From Octopus sinensis (lineage: Eukaryota), in the NCBI RefSeq assembly GCF_006345805.1, contig NC_043003.1:17794001-17858000 (forward strand): a stretch of DNA of 64,000 bases, read 5' to 3'. The notes under the pieces are model-generated. The model searched no databases. It was not told where the DNA came from and worked only from the letters and a program-made list of their open reading frames with translations. The translations under genes and the position numbers were made by a program. This document shows, one piece after another, positions 13,044 through 26,170 of the stretch; positions within the stretch are counted from its first letter, which is position 1; every line of letters begins with the position of its first letter.

Positions 13044-15060
13044 ATTGTAATGATAGATTGTAATGAAAAGTAAAAAAGATAGATACTACTGCTATTACAA
13101 TGATAATTCAAAATTTTTAAGTGGCTATAAAGCAATAACCTACAATTTTATAATTTTAAGCAAATGAAAAGAATGAAAAATTCTTGATTTTGTAATTTGA
13201 TCATTTGACTATTAGTGCATGAAGTATACAAGCGGCCCTCAAAAAATTTCCTGTGATTAAAGTGGTTCATAATGTAATTTGAGTTGGCAGTAATTCTTTG
13301 AAGTAATACTTTTGATTAATGTTTTTAGCAACAAAGAGGTTTCAAAGAAAAGAACATAAAGTGAAGTGTTTTCTTCAAACTCTCGTTTCATACTTCAAAA
13401 GATTTTCAAAAGAAAAGTGAGCGTAGTTTACAAGTTGATGTTTGAAAATGAGTAACATTGAGTACTGGAAATTGGATCTAAAATTTTAGGTTGTGCAATC
13501 ACTAGTGAGCAGCTGTCCGATACCTGATCTAGTTGTAGGGTGCGTCAGCAAGCATGGAAGCTGCAAACATGAACCTGGGTGAAGCTGACTATTGGTGCAA
13601 TAAATTCAATGCACAGGCATTGCTGGCATTTTGCATGGGCGATGGTCAGTGATGGTTTTCGTCAGTCATGAGTGGCCAGCTATCCTCATCACACACGCAC
13701 ACACACACACTCTCTCTCTCTCTTTCCCTGTCTCTCCCTCTCTTTTTCTCTCTCTCTCTTTCTCTTATACACACACACACAGCTGCTTCCAGATCCACTC
13801 ATAAGGTTATGATTGATCTGGAGTTATAATAGAAGACACTTGTCCAAGGTGCCAAGCAATCGGACTAAACCTGAAATCATGTGGTTGGAAAGTAAATTCA
13901 TTAACTACACAAATATGCTTGGGCCTTTCATTTCTTAAATTCACTCTCAATAGCTCTTTCATACGATTAGTTCTGAATAACAAATTCAATTGGCAACCTG
14001 CTGATCTCTCACAGTTTAGCTATTTAAGTAAATAAATATGATGTCAGCCAGTTAACCTCTGTAATCAAGACAATACACTTGAGCTGTGTGGCAGAGACAT
14101 ATGCAATATGATACACTGCCTTAGATTATTAGAGAGGCTCATAACCAATCATGTATTATAAGAAACCACACAGCTAAAGATTTGGGGTAGGTGTTTGAGT
14201 GAGGTCATCCCAAATGAAGACACATGTACTGCTACTACTTAGAAAAGTGTTTCAACTTCCGTAAACATTGTTGTAGTACGTATTAGTCATGCTTGTGCCT
14301 TATTTTCAAAAGACTCAATATCTGTAAATCCAGAAACAGAATAGGAAAAAACAGCTATGACTAACTTTGGTGTGTAGGAGGAGGTTTTTACTTTTTAATT
14401 TCTCTTTTGATTCATAGAGAAAATATTAAAGCTTAGCTTAAAATGGATATACACTATCTTTACTTTTTACCCTTTTATTTGTTATAGTCATTGGACTGCG
14501 ACCATGTTGGAGCATTGTCTTGAAGGGTTTTAGTTGTACAAATTGACCCCGGTACATAGGAGTATTTTCAAAATCTGATAATTATTCTGCTGGTCTCCTT
14601 TGCCGAACCCTAAATTACAGAACATAAACAAACCAACATTTTTTGTCAAAGTGTAGGGGTGGGGATGATGGTGTGACAAACACTGACACAAAAACATACA
14701 CATAGATATCCTGCGATGGACCGGCGTCCCATCCAGGTGGGGAACCTATACGCCAAGAAACCGGGAAACCGGCCCTTATGAGCCAGGCATGGCTCGAGAA
14801 GGAACAGAACAAAAAAAAAGTTATCTATCTATATTCATAAACACACATATATACACAAAGCTTCCACTCAGTTTCTGTCAAACAAATTCACTCTCAAGTC
14901 TTTGAATGCCTCAGGGCTTTAGCAGAAGACACTTGCCCAAGGTGCCACACATTAGGATAGAACCCAAAACAATGCATTTGCAAAATGAGCTTCTTAACCA
15001 CATAGCTGTATTTATTTATTTTCTTTTCAAAAGCTGACTTAGCAGGATGTTAATGTTTCT

Positions 15061-15550
15061 TATATAAAATAATAATGAAATTATTGTATACAGTGCTCAG
15101 GTGCACCACAACTTGTCAGAAAGTGCGTATAAAGCATATGCAGTAATGTACAAATGTCTAGAAAGTGAACAGTGTATGAGTCAGATACATGCTTGCGTGT
15201 GTATGGAGGGGAGAAAATCAGGCGTAGTGTTGGCGAATCTCATGATGCATGGAAATTTTGAAGGATGCAGTGCTCCAACAACTGACAACTGATGTCGGCA
15301 GATTGTTCCATGCTTCAGCAACTCTTAGCTTGAAAAAATGTTTCCGAAAGTCATGAGAGCTGTGCTGTTTTCTGACTTTGTAAACATGTCCACGGGTGTT
15401 AGAGAGATGGAGTTTGAAAAGGTGCTCAGAGTTATTGTTTGTAAGATGGTTAATAATTGTATGGGTGTCTGCCAAGTCCACTGCCAGATGTCAGAGTTTC
15501 AATGTGTCCATGCCCCGGGAAGTAAGGCGTTCTTCATAAAAAGGAAATGA
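15061..15550 (-). mobile_element. CR1-group LINE 3' end
   Basis: TRGHVYKVRKQHSSHDFRKHFFKLRVAEAWNNLPTSVV..S.ASFK, followed by a 3'UTR ending in (ATT)n; tail copies at about 45486-45575 (-) and 53856-54000 (+). Confidence 0.8.
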
Positions 15551-16814
15551 AATTTCAAAAACGATATTATAAAGGAATGAATTCAGAATAATTATGTATT
15601 TGATAATAAGCCCTCATTCCTAGCTGTTGAGGTTTGTCGGAATACTTCTTTATGATAGTCCAGAATAATTGGTTCTTTGTTAATCACTGAGTGGTTAAGA
15701 AGTGCACTTTCCAACATAATTTCATGTTCAGTCCTGCTGTGACACTTTCAGCTTGTACCGTCTACTATAACATGCTTGCTTGTGTCAGAAAGAACTTGAA
15801 GTGAATTTTCTGAAGCTGGATGCTCTTCCTGTTACCAACTCTCAGCTGTTTCCAAGCGAGGTAATATTTCCCCGTGGCCAGACATGTTTTCCAAAGAAGA
15901 CTGGAGATGAACAATGTTACTTGTATGAATGATGATGTTAATTTTAGAACCACCGCGTGGTGCTGAAACAAGGACATACACAAACACACAGAGGCATACC
16001 CATGCGCACACATACTTGCATACATACATGTCTGTGTGTGCATGTACACTACAGGTTTCTTTCACTTTTCATCTACCAGATCTATACACAACACTTTGCT
16101 TAGCCCAGGACTATAGTAGAAGACAATTTCCCCAAGATACCTATTATACATAAACACACAGACACACACAGATATGTAGGTAGATAGGCCGATTGTTTGA
16201 TTGCTTGTTTTTAACTTCTATACCAGAATTTCTGAGAGACTTATCCACAAATTAAAATAAAATTCAATTAGTTTGAAAATATATGTTAATTATTTTTTTA
16301 CTTGTTATATCCTTTAGATTGTTGTTTCACTTTAACTAATGGTATCCACAGTTGGTAATTAAGTCTGAGACGTTTGTAATAGGACAATTAGTATCTATAA
16401 ATGAAGCTACTGCCTCCATACCTAATGTCATAAGATCTTTAATGAGAATATATTTATGTAAATTTTTACTTCTTAACATACATACATACATTATCATCAT
16501 CATCATCATTTTAATATTCTACTTCACATGCTTGCATAGGTCAGACAAATTGTTGAAGTAACTTTTCCATAACTGAATCCTTTACCTGTTCTGTCGTTAA
16601 ACATCATTCATTTTCAAGCAGAATAATATTTCTCCATGGCTGGACATGTTTCTATAGAAAATTGTAAACAAAAGTCACTGCTTCTATGGTGGGGGTCATC
16701 ATTTACAATTATGTCAAAGCAAAGGAACACAAGCACAACAAATACCTCCTTGCATATAAACACATAAAAAATCTTCATCTAATGACAGTGTAATAGATAT
16801 GTACTATAAGTGCT

Positions 16815-16982
16815 TAGGCATAGGAGTGGCTGTGTGGTAAGTAGCTTGCTTACCAAGCACATGGTTCCGGGTTCAGTCCCACTGTATGGCACCTTGGGCA
16901 AGTGTCCTCTACTATAGCCTCGGGCTGACCAAAGCCTTGTGAGTGGATTTGGTAGACGGAAACTGAAAGAAGCCCGTTGTAC

Positions 16983-17016
<34 letters not shown>

Positions 17017-17205
17017 ATATGTTTGTCCTCCCAACATCGCTTGACAACCAGTGTGTTTACATCCCCATAACTTAGCGATTCAGCGAAAGAGACTGATAGA
17101 ATAAGTACTAGGCTTACAAAGAATAAGTCCTGGGGTCGATTTGCTTGACTAAAGGCGGTGCTCCAGCATGGCCACAGTCAAATGACTGAAACAAGTAAAA
17201 GAGTA
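16815..17205 (+). mobile_element. SINE family A
   Basis: Full-length copy. Confidence 0.8.
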
Positions 17206-17418
17206 AGATTTACCACTAAAATTTCGGCTTGAGCTGCAGCTGAAGAAAGGTAGTGTTGAAGCTGCTTATCAAAGATGGCTAGAAGTGGTTCATCATTGAG
17301 CATATATATAGATATGAAACAGAATAAACAAGCAAAACAGGCAATATCACTTCAGAGCATTTAGTTTATAATCTATAATTTAAACATTGTACAGAGTGGT
17401 TATAATAAATACGTAAAG

Positions 17419-17487
17419 TCTCCTACAACTGTTTCTAGAATTGAGTAAAGACTTCTACATAAGCTAACTGTTCCGTCATCAGAGAGA
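17419..17487 (-). ncRNA. Minimal type-I hammerhead ribozyme motif (core intact, helix II closing pair broken)
   Basis: Minus strand: TCTCT CTGATGA CGGAA...TTCTA GAAAC AGTT GTA GGAGA; helix I 5 bp. Confidence 0.55.
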
Positions 17488-18702
17488 AATAAAGAATAGC
17501 CTTAATCAAGAATAATAGCAGTTACCAAATCATCCTTAGTAAAAGATAATATCAGTAGCTGTTCCATTGCAGAAATATTAAGGAAAATCCATGGGAAAAG
17601 ATGACAGAAGTTACCAATTCCATCTTTGAAAACAAAGTGATGTAGATATGAGTGGAAGGCCTTTGAAGTGTGTGTGTATGTATGTGTAGGTTTATTTATA
17701 TGTATGTATATAATACAGTGAGAAATTCATTTTAGTACCTCTAAATTGAATTTCTCTCCCTTGTGGACTCGGAAATAACTTCCCTAATATTAATAATTAT
17801 ATATATATATATATATATATATAAATTATAAACTTACGTAAAAAGTGCAGGTATCATTGTGTGACTAGAAGTTTGTTCCCTAACCACATGGCTTTGGGTT
17901 CAATCCTACTGTATGGCAATTTGAACAAGTGTCTTCCACTATATCCCCAATCTGACCAAAGCCTTATGCATAGATTTGATAGATGGAAATTGTGTGTTGT
18001 TTCTGGGAAAAATAGTTTATTAATTTAAAGCTTAATTTTTTTTTTATCATAAAGCATTAAACTACTTGTTTCCTTTATCTCTTAAGTAATCAATAAGGCA
18101 TTTATTGTCAGTAACAGTAAAGACACAAGTGCAGTGTCCGGTTAGCCACCTGGGTTTTCTGTGTTGTAAAAAAATACAAAAATCCTATATTAAAACATGG
18201 AAGTTCTCTAATGCCTCTCTCTCTCTCTTTCTCTCTCAAATTAACAACTGAATTTGTAAAGTCAATAAATTTGAGTAGTAAATGTAAACTGACTGTAGGG
18301 CTTACATCTGGCTCCCTATGCTAATTTCCTTTCTTTTTATTCACGTTCGTTTATGCATGTTCTCATTAAGTATGCATATATTAATGAAAGGGCTGAGATG
18401 TCATTAAATTTAATAATAATTCTCACTTCCTTTCAATGTTCAGCCGGGTAGCCGTATATAAATGGGTCTCTAAATGAACAAATTGAATAACAAAGGGATT
18501 TTTCTGAAGAAAATTTTAACTAAGCATAATGAGCTAAAATTTTAATCAATGAACCATGAACTGACGATGTGTATGTGTATATACCACTGGGAATCCATTC
18601 CACTTAATGGTTTAAAATTTGAATAACATACCCTGAATAGACTACAGATGTGTATAAATGTTGGGAGATCATATTTGAATGGTACACTTTTGCCTTTTTT
18701 CA

Positions 18703-18990
18703 CCCTTTTCCAGCCCAGCCAGGCTCATAGGCCCAGTTTCTGTGGCGTATGTGTTCCCCCAGCTGGACAGGATGCCAGTCCATCACAGCATTACTCAAGA
18801 AACAGGAAGAAAGAGTGAGAAAAGTTGGGGCGAAAGAGTACAACAGGGGTCGCCACCACTCCCTGCCAGAGCCTCGTGGAGTTTTAGGTGTTTTCGCTCA
18901 ATAAACACACACAATGCCGGTCTGAGAATCGAAACTGCGATCCTTTGACCGTGAGTTCGCTGCCCTAACGACTGGGCTATTGCGCCTCCA
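18703..18990 (-). mobile_element. SINE family C
   Basis: Homologous to 3529-3829. Confidence 0.8.
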
Positions 18991-19285
18991 TGAATGGTAT
19001 ATTAAATTAACAAATTTTGTAGTGAACAGTTTTTCTGAAGAAAAATATATTCAGCCAATGAGCTGACATTTGAACAACAAACGCATGTAAGTGGCAGGGA
19101 AAACTTGTATAAACGGTTCTTTATTGTCCATGTATGCATTTATGTTTGCTTGCAAATTTTCATATTTTATGTTGAAAACAACGATATTCCTCATATTTTT
19201 CCTAACAACTTAATTATGGATCTACAAAAGTAAGACAAAAGGAAACACACACATGCACACACTCACACACATGCACACACATACT

Positions 19286-19622
19286 GAGATCCCCTTCGGT
19301 CATGACTGACCATGGGATTACACCTAGAAAGTTACCTTCCCAGGCACAAGTCCGGGCAAGGTTGTTTATGGAAGACTAGCAGTCGCCCATGCATACCGGC
19401 CTCCCCTCTCCACGCCACTGATGTTATCCAAAGGAAAGGCAAAGACCAATACAGCTTGGCACCAGTAACGTCGCAAGTCATTTCTACAGCTGAGTGAACT
19501 GGAGCAACGTGAAATAAAGTGTCTTGCTCAAGAACACAACACACGCAGCCTGTTCCGGGATTCAAACGCACAACCTCACCATTGTAAGCTCAACGCTCTT
19601 ACCACTGAGCCATGCACCTTCA
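19286..19622 (-). mobile_element. tRNA-derived SINE family F
   Basis: Homologous to 22654-22950, 32546-32880 and 52359-52681. Confidence 0.8.
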
Positions 19623-19687
19623 CTACACACACATACACACACATATTTATGTATTTGGTATTGACAAGTGCAATAGTAAACTTTCTT

Positions 19688-20068
19688 GTGGAGGCGCAAT
19701 GGCCCAGTGGTTAGGGCAGCGGACTCGCGGTCGTAGTATCGCGGTTTCGATTCCCAGACCGGGCATTGTGAGTGTTTATTGAGCGAAAACACCTAAAAGC
19801 TCCACGAGGCTCCGGCAGGGGATGGTGGTGGTCCCTGCTGTACTCTTTCATCACAACTTTCTCTCACTCTTTCTTCCTATTTCTCTTGTACCTGTATTTC
19901 AAAGGGCCAGCCATGTCACACTCTGTGTCACGCTGAATCTCCTCGAGAACTACGTTAAGGGTACACATGTCTGTGGAGTGCTCAGCCACTTGCACGTTAA
20001 TATCACGAGCAAGCTGTTCCATTGATCGTATCAGCTGGGACCCTCATCGTCGCAACCGACGGAGTGCT
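19688..20068 (+). mobile_element. Chimeric SINE: family-C head and body with family-E tail
   Basis: The tail gtacctgtatttcaaagggccagcc...gacggagtg matches 7245-7428. Confidence 0.65.
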
Positions 20069-20337
20069 CCTACCTATATATATACATACATACACACATA
20101 CTAACCTTACTTAATACTGTTCTCCCTCTCAATTGAAGGATCTTTGTTTTGCAAGTTTCTTGGTGAGCTCGCTGGTGCCATGTAAAAAGGACCCTGTACA
20201 CTCTGCAAAGTGGTTGGTTTGCATAAGGACATCCAACCATTAAAACCATTCCATAAAAGACAGTAGAGCTTGGTGAAGTCTTCAGGTTTGCCAATTCCTG
20301 CCAAGCTGTCCAATCCATTTCAGCATTGCAGTTGGAA

Positions 20338-20550
20338 AAGGCGGTGAGCTGGCAGAAATGTTAGCACGCCAAGCGAAATGCTTCGCAGTATTTCGTCTGC
20401 TGCTATGTTCTGAGTTCAAATTCCGCCAAGGTCAACTTTGCCTTTCATCCTTTCGGGATCAATTAAATAAGTACCAGTTACTTAACCCATTTGTCTGTCC
20501 TTGTTTGTCCTCTCTGTGTTTAGCTCCTTGTGGGTAGTAAAGAAATAAGT
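20338..20550 (+). mobile_element. tRNA-derived SINE family B (possible Deu/Nin-type central domain) nested in an RTE-tail repeat
   Basis: ggtgagctggcagaa...gagttcaaattcc...gcctttcatcctttcggg...aagtaccag; splits the host repeat between about 20320 and 20550. The domain assignment is from memory. Confidence 0.7.
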
Positions 20551-20948
20551 ATGGCAGATGGATATTAAATGATGATGATGATAAAGTTTTTGATAACACA
20601 CACACACTCACATGCACACGTGTACACACACACACACACATGGAGTTTCTGGCAACCTAATGTATTTAGAGATGATATGAATGTAAAAATGTAATTTGGA
20701 ATGTGTAATCTCAAAATCCTTTGATTATAGTAAAGCATTTTAGATGTTACATGATATTTTGGAATATGAAGCAACATTTTTGGAAATAATTTGTTCATGA
20801 TAAGCTGTATTTGTACAGGTATTTTATTTTGAAATGATTTGATTGTAAAAATAATCTTTGGAATGAATTAACTGTGACATGAAAGAATTAGTGCAGTTTC
20901 TTCTTCTTCATCTTCGTTCTTCTCCTCCTCCCCTTTCTTCTATATATA

Positions 20949-20991
<43 letters not shown>

Positions 20992-21082
20992 AGGGTAAAA
21001 TTAATTAATTAATTAATTAATAATTGATAATTTTACCAAGTAGTTCGGTATGTTAAAAGAACCATTTTTGGTAAACTTAAGC

Positions 21083-21316
21083 AAAATTGTTTTATAATTA
21101 TGAGTATAATTATAATTAGGGTTCAGCAAAAGTTTGCTTCACCACATACCGAAATTTAGAAATAGCTGTTAAAACTAACTATTTCTCTATGATAAGAGAT
21201 TTTCTTATGGTAGATAAATAGTTAGTTTTAACTACTATTTCTAAATTTCGGTTTGTGGTGAAGCAAATTTTTGGTGAACCCTTATTATAATTATACTCAT
21301 AATTATAAAAAATTTT
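21083..21316. repeat. Long inverted repeat (arms about 115 bp, 5-nt loop)
   Basis: Arms 21083-21197 and 21203-21316 pair with few mismatches. Confidence 0.9.
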
Positions 21317-21385
21317 ATATATATATATATATGTATGTATGTATGAAACCATATTTAATACAATTTTTATTTTGTTGTCTTTCAG

Positions 21386-21547
21386 ATAGACGATCAATAT
21401 AAAAGAACAAAATGATAGCCTTCAAAAGTCCTACACCTTAGAAGAATACACTCCTTTGTTACTTCTAAATTTTGGCAAAACTTATGTAAACAAAAAAGTT
21501 CAAATCAATTCATTCTGGTTCATAGTCGGATTTCCTCCAGCTTAACA
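21386..21547 (+). other. Probable 5'UTR part of the first coding exon
   Basis: Acceptor ttttattttgttgtctttcag ends at 21385. An alternative acceptor tttcctccag ends at 21540. The true transcription start and upstream exons were not identified. Confidence 0.5.
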
Positions 21548-21803
21548 ATGTATGAAACCGAAACTGGAACCATGGGGAGTTCAAACCTCACTGTAGGGGA
21601 GTTAGAAGACATGCAGTATAAAAAGTCACGGGAACTGTTTATACTATGTGACAAAGAAGGGAAAGGTTTTGTCAATAAGTATGACTTACAGAGACTACAA
21701 CCAGAGTTATCCCTTCCTCCTGAAGCGTTGGAACAAGTATTCGACATTCTAGATGATGATAAGAACGGATATCTTACCCTCAAAGAATTTACAGAAGGAT
21801 TTC
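21548..21803 (+). CDS. CRACR2A: Coding exon 1 of a CRACR2A/EFCAB4B (Rab46)-like protein: two EF-hands
   Basis: ATG at 21548 with in-frame upstream TAG at 21416-21418. Translation MYETETGTMGSSNLTVGELEDMQYKKSRELFILCDKEGKGFVNKYDLQRLQPELSLPPEALEQVFDILDDDKNGYLTLKEFTEGF. EF loops DKEGKGFVNKYD (degenerate) and DDDKNGYLTLKE (canonical) resemble the CRACR2A pair as I recall it. Donor C|GTAAGT at 21804, phase 1. Confidence 0.88.
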
Positions 21804-22653
21804 GTAAGTTTGCATGCTTTTATATTTAAAAAAAAATGTCTTTGACTGGCTTCTGTGCTGGTGGCGCATAAAAAGTACCATCGGATCGTGGCCGTTGCCA
21901 GCCTCCCCTGGCACCTGTGCCACTGGCATGTAAAAAGCACCAACTGATCGTGGCCGTTTTTCTATTTTCTTGTTTGTTTCACCAAATCTATATTCATATA
22001 TAAACATATATAATACAGACAGATACACATATGCAAAGCCATGCAATACACCAATTTATCACTCTAGCCGAAACACGATGTCCATCCCAAATACACAATC
22101 TTTAAGATAGTAGGTTTGTACAATGATAAATAAGTTATTTTCTGCATGTTTCAGTAAGAAAACATTTATATATACCTCTTGTATGGACACCACACCCATT
22201 CAACTGACTGAAATATTTAGATTATTGTTATTTTTTTACTTGTCGTAAAATAAGATACAGCATTGATTTACCAACACCCACACATTCATGCATTGTTTAA
22301 TGTGACCCCCACGAAAATCATTACCTGTAAACAAAATACAATAAAAATAACAAGCAAATGACTAACATGCAAAAGGAAAAACAAAGAAAAAAAAACAGAC
22401 CAACCACACTGCATGGAAACTCCCTCACACTTCTAGGCCAAAACACATAAAAATACGATTTCAAGAAATTCCTTAATTCAAGGAGTTGCACTTGAGACAA
22501 AGTCATTACTCACTGGGAGGGATTCATTTTTCTAACGTGCGTAATAAAATAGTTAAGCCATAAATGTGTTGGCTTGTTTTTCAGTCATTTAAAGTAGTTT
22601 TCTCAGTTTATTGTACTTATATACACTCAACATACACACGCATATATATACAT

Positions 22654-22950
22654 AGACATGGCTCAGTGGTTAGAGTGTCAGGCTCACAATGATGAGGTAG
22701 TGAGTTTGATTCTCAGACCAGGCTGTGTGTTGTGCAAGACACTTTATTTCATGTGGCTTCAGTTCACTCAGCTGTAGAAATGAGTTGTGATGTCACTGGT
22801 GCCTTATTGGCCTCTGCCTTTCCCTTGGATAACATTGGTGGTGTGGAGAGCAGGGATGCTGGTCTTCCATAAACAATCTTGCCCAGACTCGTACCTCAGA
22901 GAGGAACTTTCTAGGTGAAATCCCATGGTTATTCATGACCGAAGGCGGGG
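22654..22950 (+). mobile_element. SINE family F
   Basis: catggctcagtggttagag...tcatgaccgaagg. Confidence 0.75.
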
Positions 22951-24254
22951 GGGGGGTATCCTATATGCATCTGTTTGCTAGCTTTCTTACAGTGGAGTCT
23001 TATGCTCTTAGCTTAGACATTTTTGGGGGCAACCAGATCAAACCGTCTCAAGTGTAACTGACCAAAATGGTTGTGACGTCTGGTACTTGACTGAAGAAAG
23101 AAGGCCATGAATGACCTGTCTGTTTTTGCCTGTCCTTGTAATTATTGTTTCTCTTGTCTACCTGTGTATCATCTATCTGTCTGAATGTTTTTATTGTCCT
23201 CTATTGCCTTTTTGTTCCATTGTTATATATATCTATATCTATATCTATATATATCTATATATATATATACACACACACACACATCATAAATATATTACCA
23301 CATTCATACATGTCATCAATGATACCCAGAAAGAGGTGCTTCTTTTCCATTCACCAAAGAGAACAGAGCTTTGGTCAGGAGTAGCTATCTGATATCAGAC
23401 AGTATCCAGTGATCCTTAGGTATTTTGGCCCTGAACTCTAACACCCATTTTTTGAAAGGTGTGTAGAGAAACGACCATACGTAAAGGAGTTGGTGACTGA
23501 AATGTCTCCTTTTAAATTCCGCACGGTTGTCCCACAAAAGAAGAATAGCCAGATACATGGTATAAAAGAATAAGTGCCAAAAGGAATAAGGAAGAAAACA
23601 CAACCGTTCTACTATTTTGAGAGAAAGAAGACTTTATTTACAGCTGTGTACAATAAGATAAGAGCGTGTGTGAGCGCTAGTAGAGTGTAGTGTCTGTGAG
23701 TGCGACATGTTGCTTGTGTCTGTGTGTTCGCATGTGCGTTACAAGAGTGAACATAAGTACAAACAAGGTGTATGCACGTGAGACAGAATACAGAGTATGG
23801 AATGAGTCTCTCAGGATATTTCAGACAAGATGGAGTTAATTTACCAGTTCGTAGTAAGGTTACACAATAATTGTAGTCCTGTACAAGAAGTTGAGGTCAC
23901 GAGGCAGAACCGGTTACTACACGTGTTGTGTAGAGTGTATGGCTATTATGCCGTGCCGGGTTACTTGATACAGGAATTCTTGCAGGTAGTGCTGGACTAT
24001 TAACCTTGGTGAAGTAGTCACAAACAGAGAGAAGTTAAACTGGGTGAATGTTGTGTACGTATCGTTGAAGTCGACGGTGGTGATAGCGACGGTAGAGAAC
24101 GGCGACTGTTGAGATGATGGCGATAGTGGAGAACGGTCCTGAGTTGCTGCATGTTGGTCTCGTCGCTGGAACTGGCTGGTCTGGTCATTGTGGCTGCTGC
24201 ATGGTCAATGGTCAGAGACCAAAGATGCAGTTTCACTGGATCTCTGGGTTTTTT

Positions 24255-24760
24255 CATGTTCATAGCAAAGCAGCTTTCTCTCATGCACACTTTGTCATCC
24301 CTGTTGTGCCTAGTTTTCTCTTTGGTCATTTTGACTCTGGCATTCATGTAAAATGGCATTATACATCCATTGGAGCATATTTGCTCCATTTGTCTCTTGC
24401 ATTCTCTGCTTTCAGTTTTTTGCAGTCAGGACCCATGTCTCATACCGTGCACCATTCATTCTGTTACCTTTATTGTTGTCAGTAGAGGTAATATATCCTA
24501 AATTTTTCACACCCCTCTTCTTACCCTAACTACAATAGTTTTAGAACAACCACCTCTACTGCTAATTATGTCATTTAGGTAACAGAAGCTATCGACTACT
24601 TCTAGTGAAGTAGCTTCACATTTAAAAGAGCGTATTTTTGGTGTGCTCTTAATACTTAGTGCTATAAGTGCATCAGATGCATACTAAGCCTGCCTCTTCT
24701 TTTTGTCTAGCAGTGATTCAACTACATCCTTTGTGTTGTTGGGAAGTAAGTTTCTTACCA
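24255..24760 (-). mobile_element. Decayed RTE-clade LINE fragment
   Basis: Minus-strand frames give LEVVDSFCYLNDIISSRGGCSKTIVVRVR and ETWVLTAKN*...NMLQWMYNAILHECQS, with stops and frameshifts. Confidence 0.75.
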
Positions 24761-24772
24761 CACAGCCACACC

Positions 24773-24780
<8 letters not shown>

Positions 24781-24816
<36 letters not shown>

Positions 24817-25036
24817 TACATACACACATGCCTCAGTGTGTGTGTATATATATGTCTGTGTATATATATATATGTATATATATATATATGTATGTATATA
24901 TATATGTATGTATATATATATGTATGTATGTATATATATATGTATGTATGTGTATGTATATATTTGTATGTGTATATATGTATGTGTGTATATATATCTA
25001 TGTGTATATATATGTGTGTATATATATGTATGTGTG

Positions 25037-25074
<38 letters not shown>

Positions 25075-25316
25075 TGTATGTGTGTATATATATATGTATG
25101 TATATATATGTACGTATGTATATATATGTATGTATATGTGTATGTATGTATGTACTTATATATATGTATGTGTGTATATATATATGTATATATATATATA
25201 TATGTGTGTGTGTATGTATATATATATATATATGTATGTATGTATATGTGTATGTATGTATATATATATGTATATATATATATGTATGTATATATGTATA
25301 TATACACACGTATATA
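24781..25316. repeat. Compound (TA)/(TG)/(TATG) microsatellite
   Basis: Direct inspection. Confidence 0.95.
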
Positions 25317-25787
25317 TATTGTTTTTGTTGCGGTAAATATATTTGGAAAAAAAAAAGCACAAAGTCTGTGACATTCTAATTTCAAAGCAATATTTTACTG
25401 AACTAATAGGATTTGATTAAATCTTGGTTTGTTATTTATCACTGAGACAGAAATAACATTTTCTTCGGTTTAGCAAAAAAACTCTTTGTTTGAAAATAAA
25501 CTTTGATTAGTTCTCCATTTCAAAAGTAATTTTACTGTAAAGATTTGGAAATTGTGTGTTAAGAGACCAAACGTTGCTATTTTAATAAATAGTTTGTTTC
25601 CTTGAGTAAACAACTCTGAATGGTTCTTTGAGTTCCCGTCTGATTAGAGGACTTCTATTGTATTATGGCAAATAGTTTTAATCATCATCATCGTTTTTTA
25701 TGTTCACCTTTTCTCCATACTAGCATGGGTCGGGTGAGTTTTCTTCAAGCAGTATTCTGCAAGCAAATATCATTCCTGATGCTCTTT

Positions 25788-26170
25788 TACTCTATTACTC
25801 TTTTATTTGCTTCAGTCATTTGACTGCGGCCATGCTGGAGAACCGCCGTTAGTCGAGCAAATTGACCCCAGGACTTATTCTTTGTAAGACTAGTACTTAT
25901 TCTATCGGTCTCTTTTGCCAAACTGCTAAGTTACAGGGACGTAAACACACCAGCATCAGTTGTCAAGTAATGTTGGGGGGACAAACACACATACATATAT
26001 ATATATATACATATACATATATACGACAGGCTTCTTTGAGTTTCCATCTACCAAATCCACTCACAAGGCTTTGGTCGGCCCGAGGCTTTTGTAGAAGACA
26101 CTTGCCCAAAGTGCCGTGCTGTGGGACTGAACCCGGAACCATGTGGTTGATAAGCAAGCTACTTACCACA
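25788..26170 (-). mobile_element. SINE family A
   Basis: Near full-length reverse copy. Confidence 0.8.

Noticed and set aside
18455-18462. TATATAAA as the CRACR2A promoter
   Set aside because: Common in AT-rich DNA; no downstream exon or donor could be linked to it.
23431-23487. CTGAA-hairpin-GAAACGACCATACGTA
   Set aside because: G8-A9 are missing and helix I is out of register.
23600-24250. CpG-retaining segment that might be an LTR-retrotransposon 3' remnant (minus AATAAA at 23633-38, RTGKLTPSCLKY)
   Set aside because: No polypurine tract, no TG...CA ends and no convincing integrase motif.
24018-24485. Overlapping 123-aa ORFs on both strands
   Set aside because: They overlap a frameshifted RTE relic; no splice or domain support.
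24668-25385. Long ORFs of 200-233 aa on both strands
   Set aside because: Translations of a TA/TG microsatellite (YI/CV/HT repeats); no coding signal.
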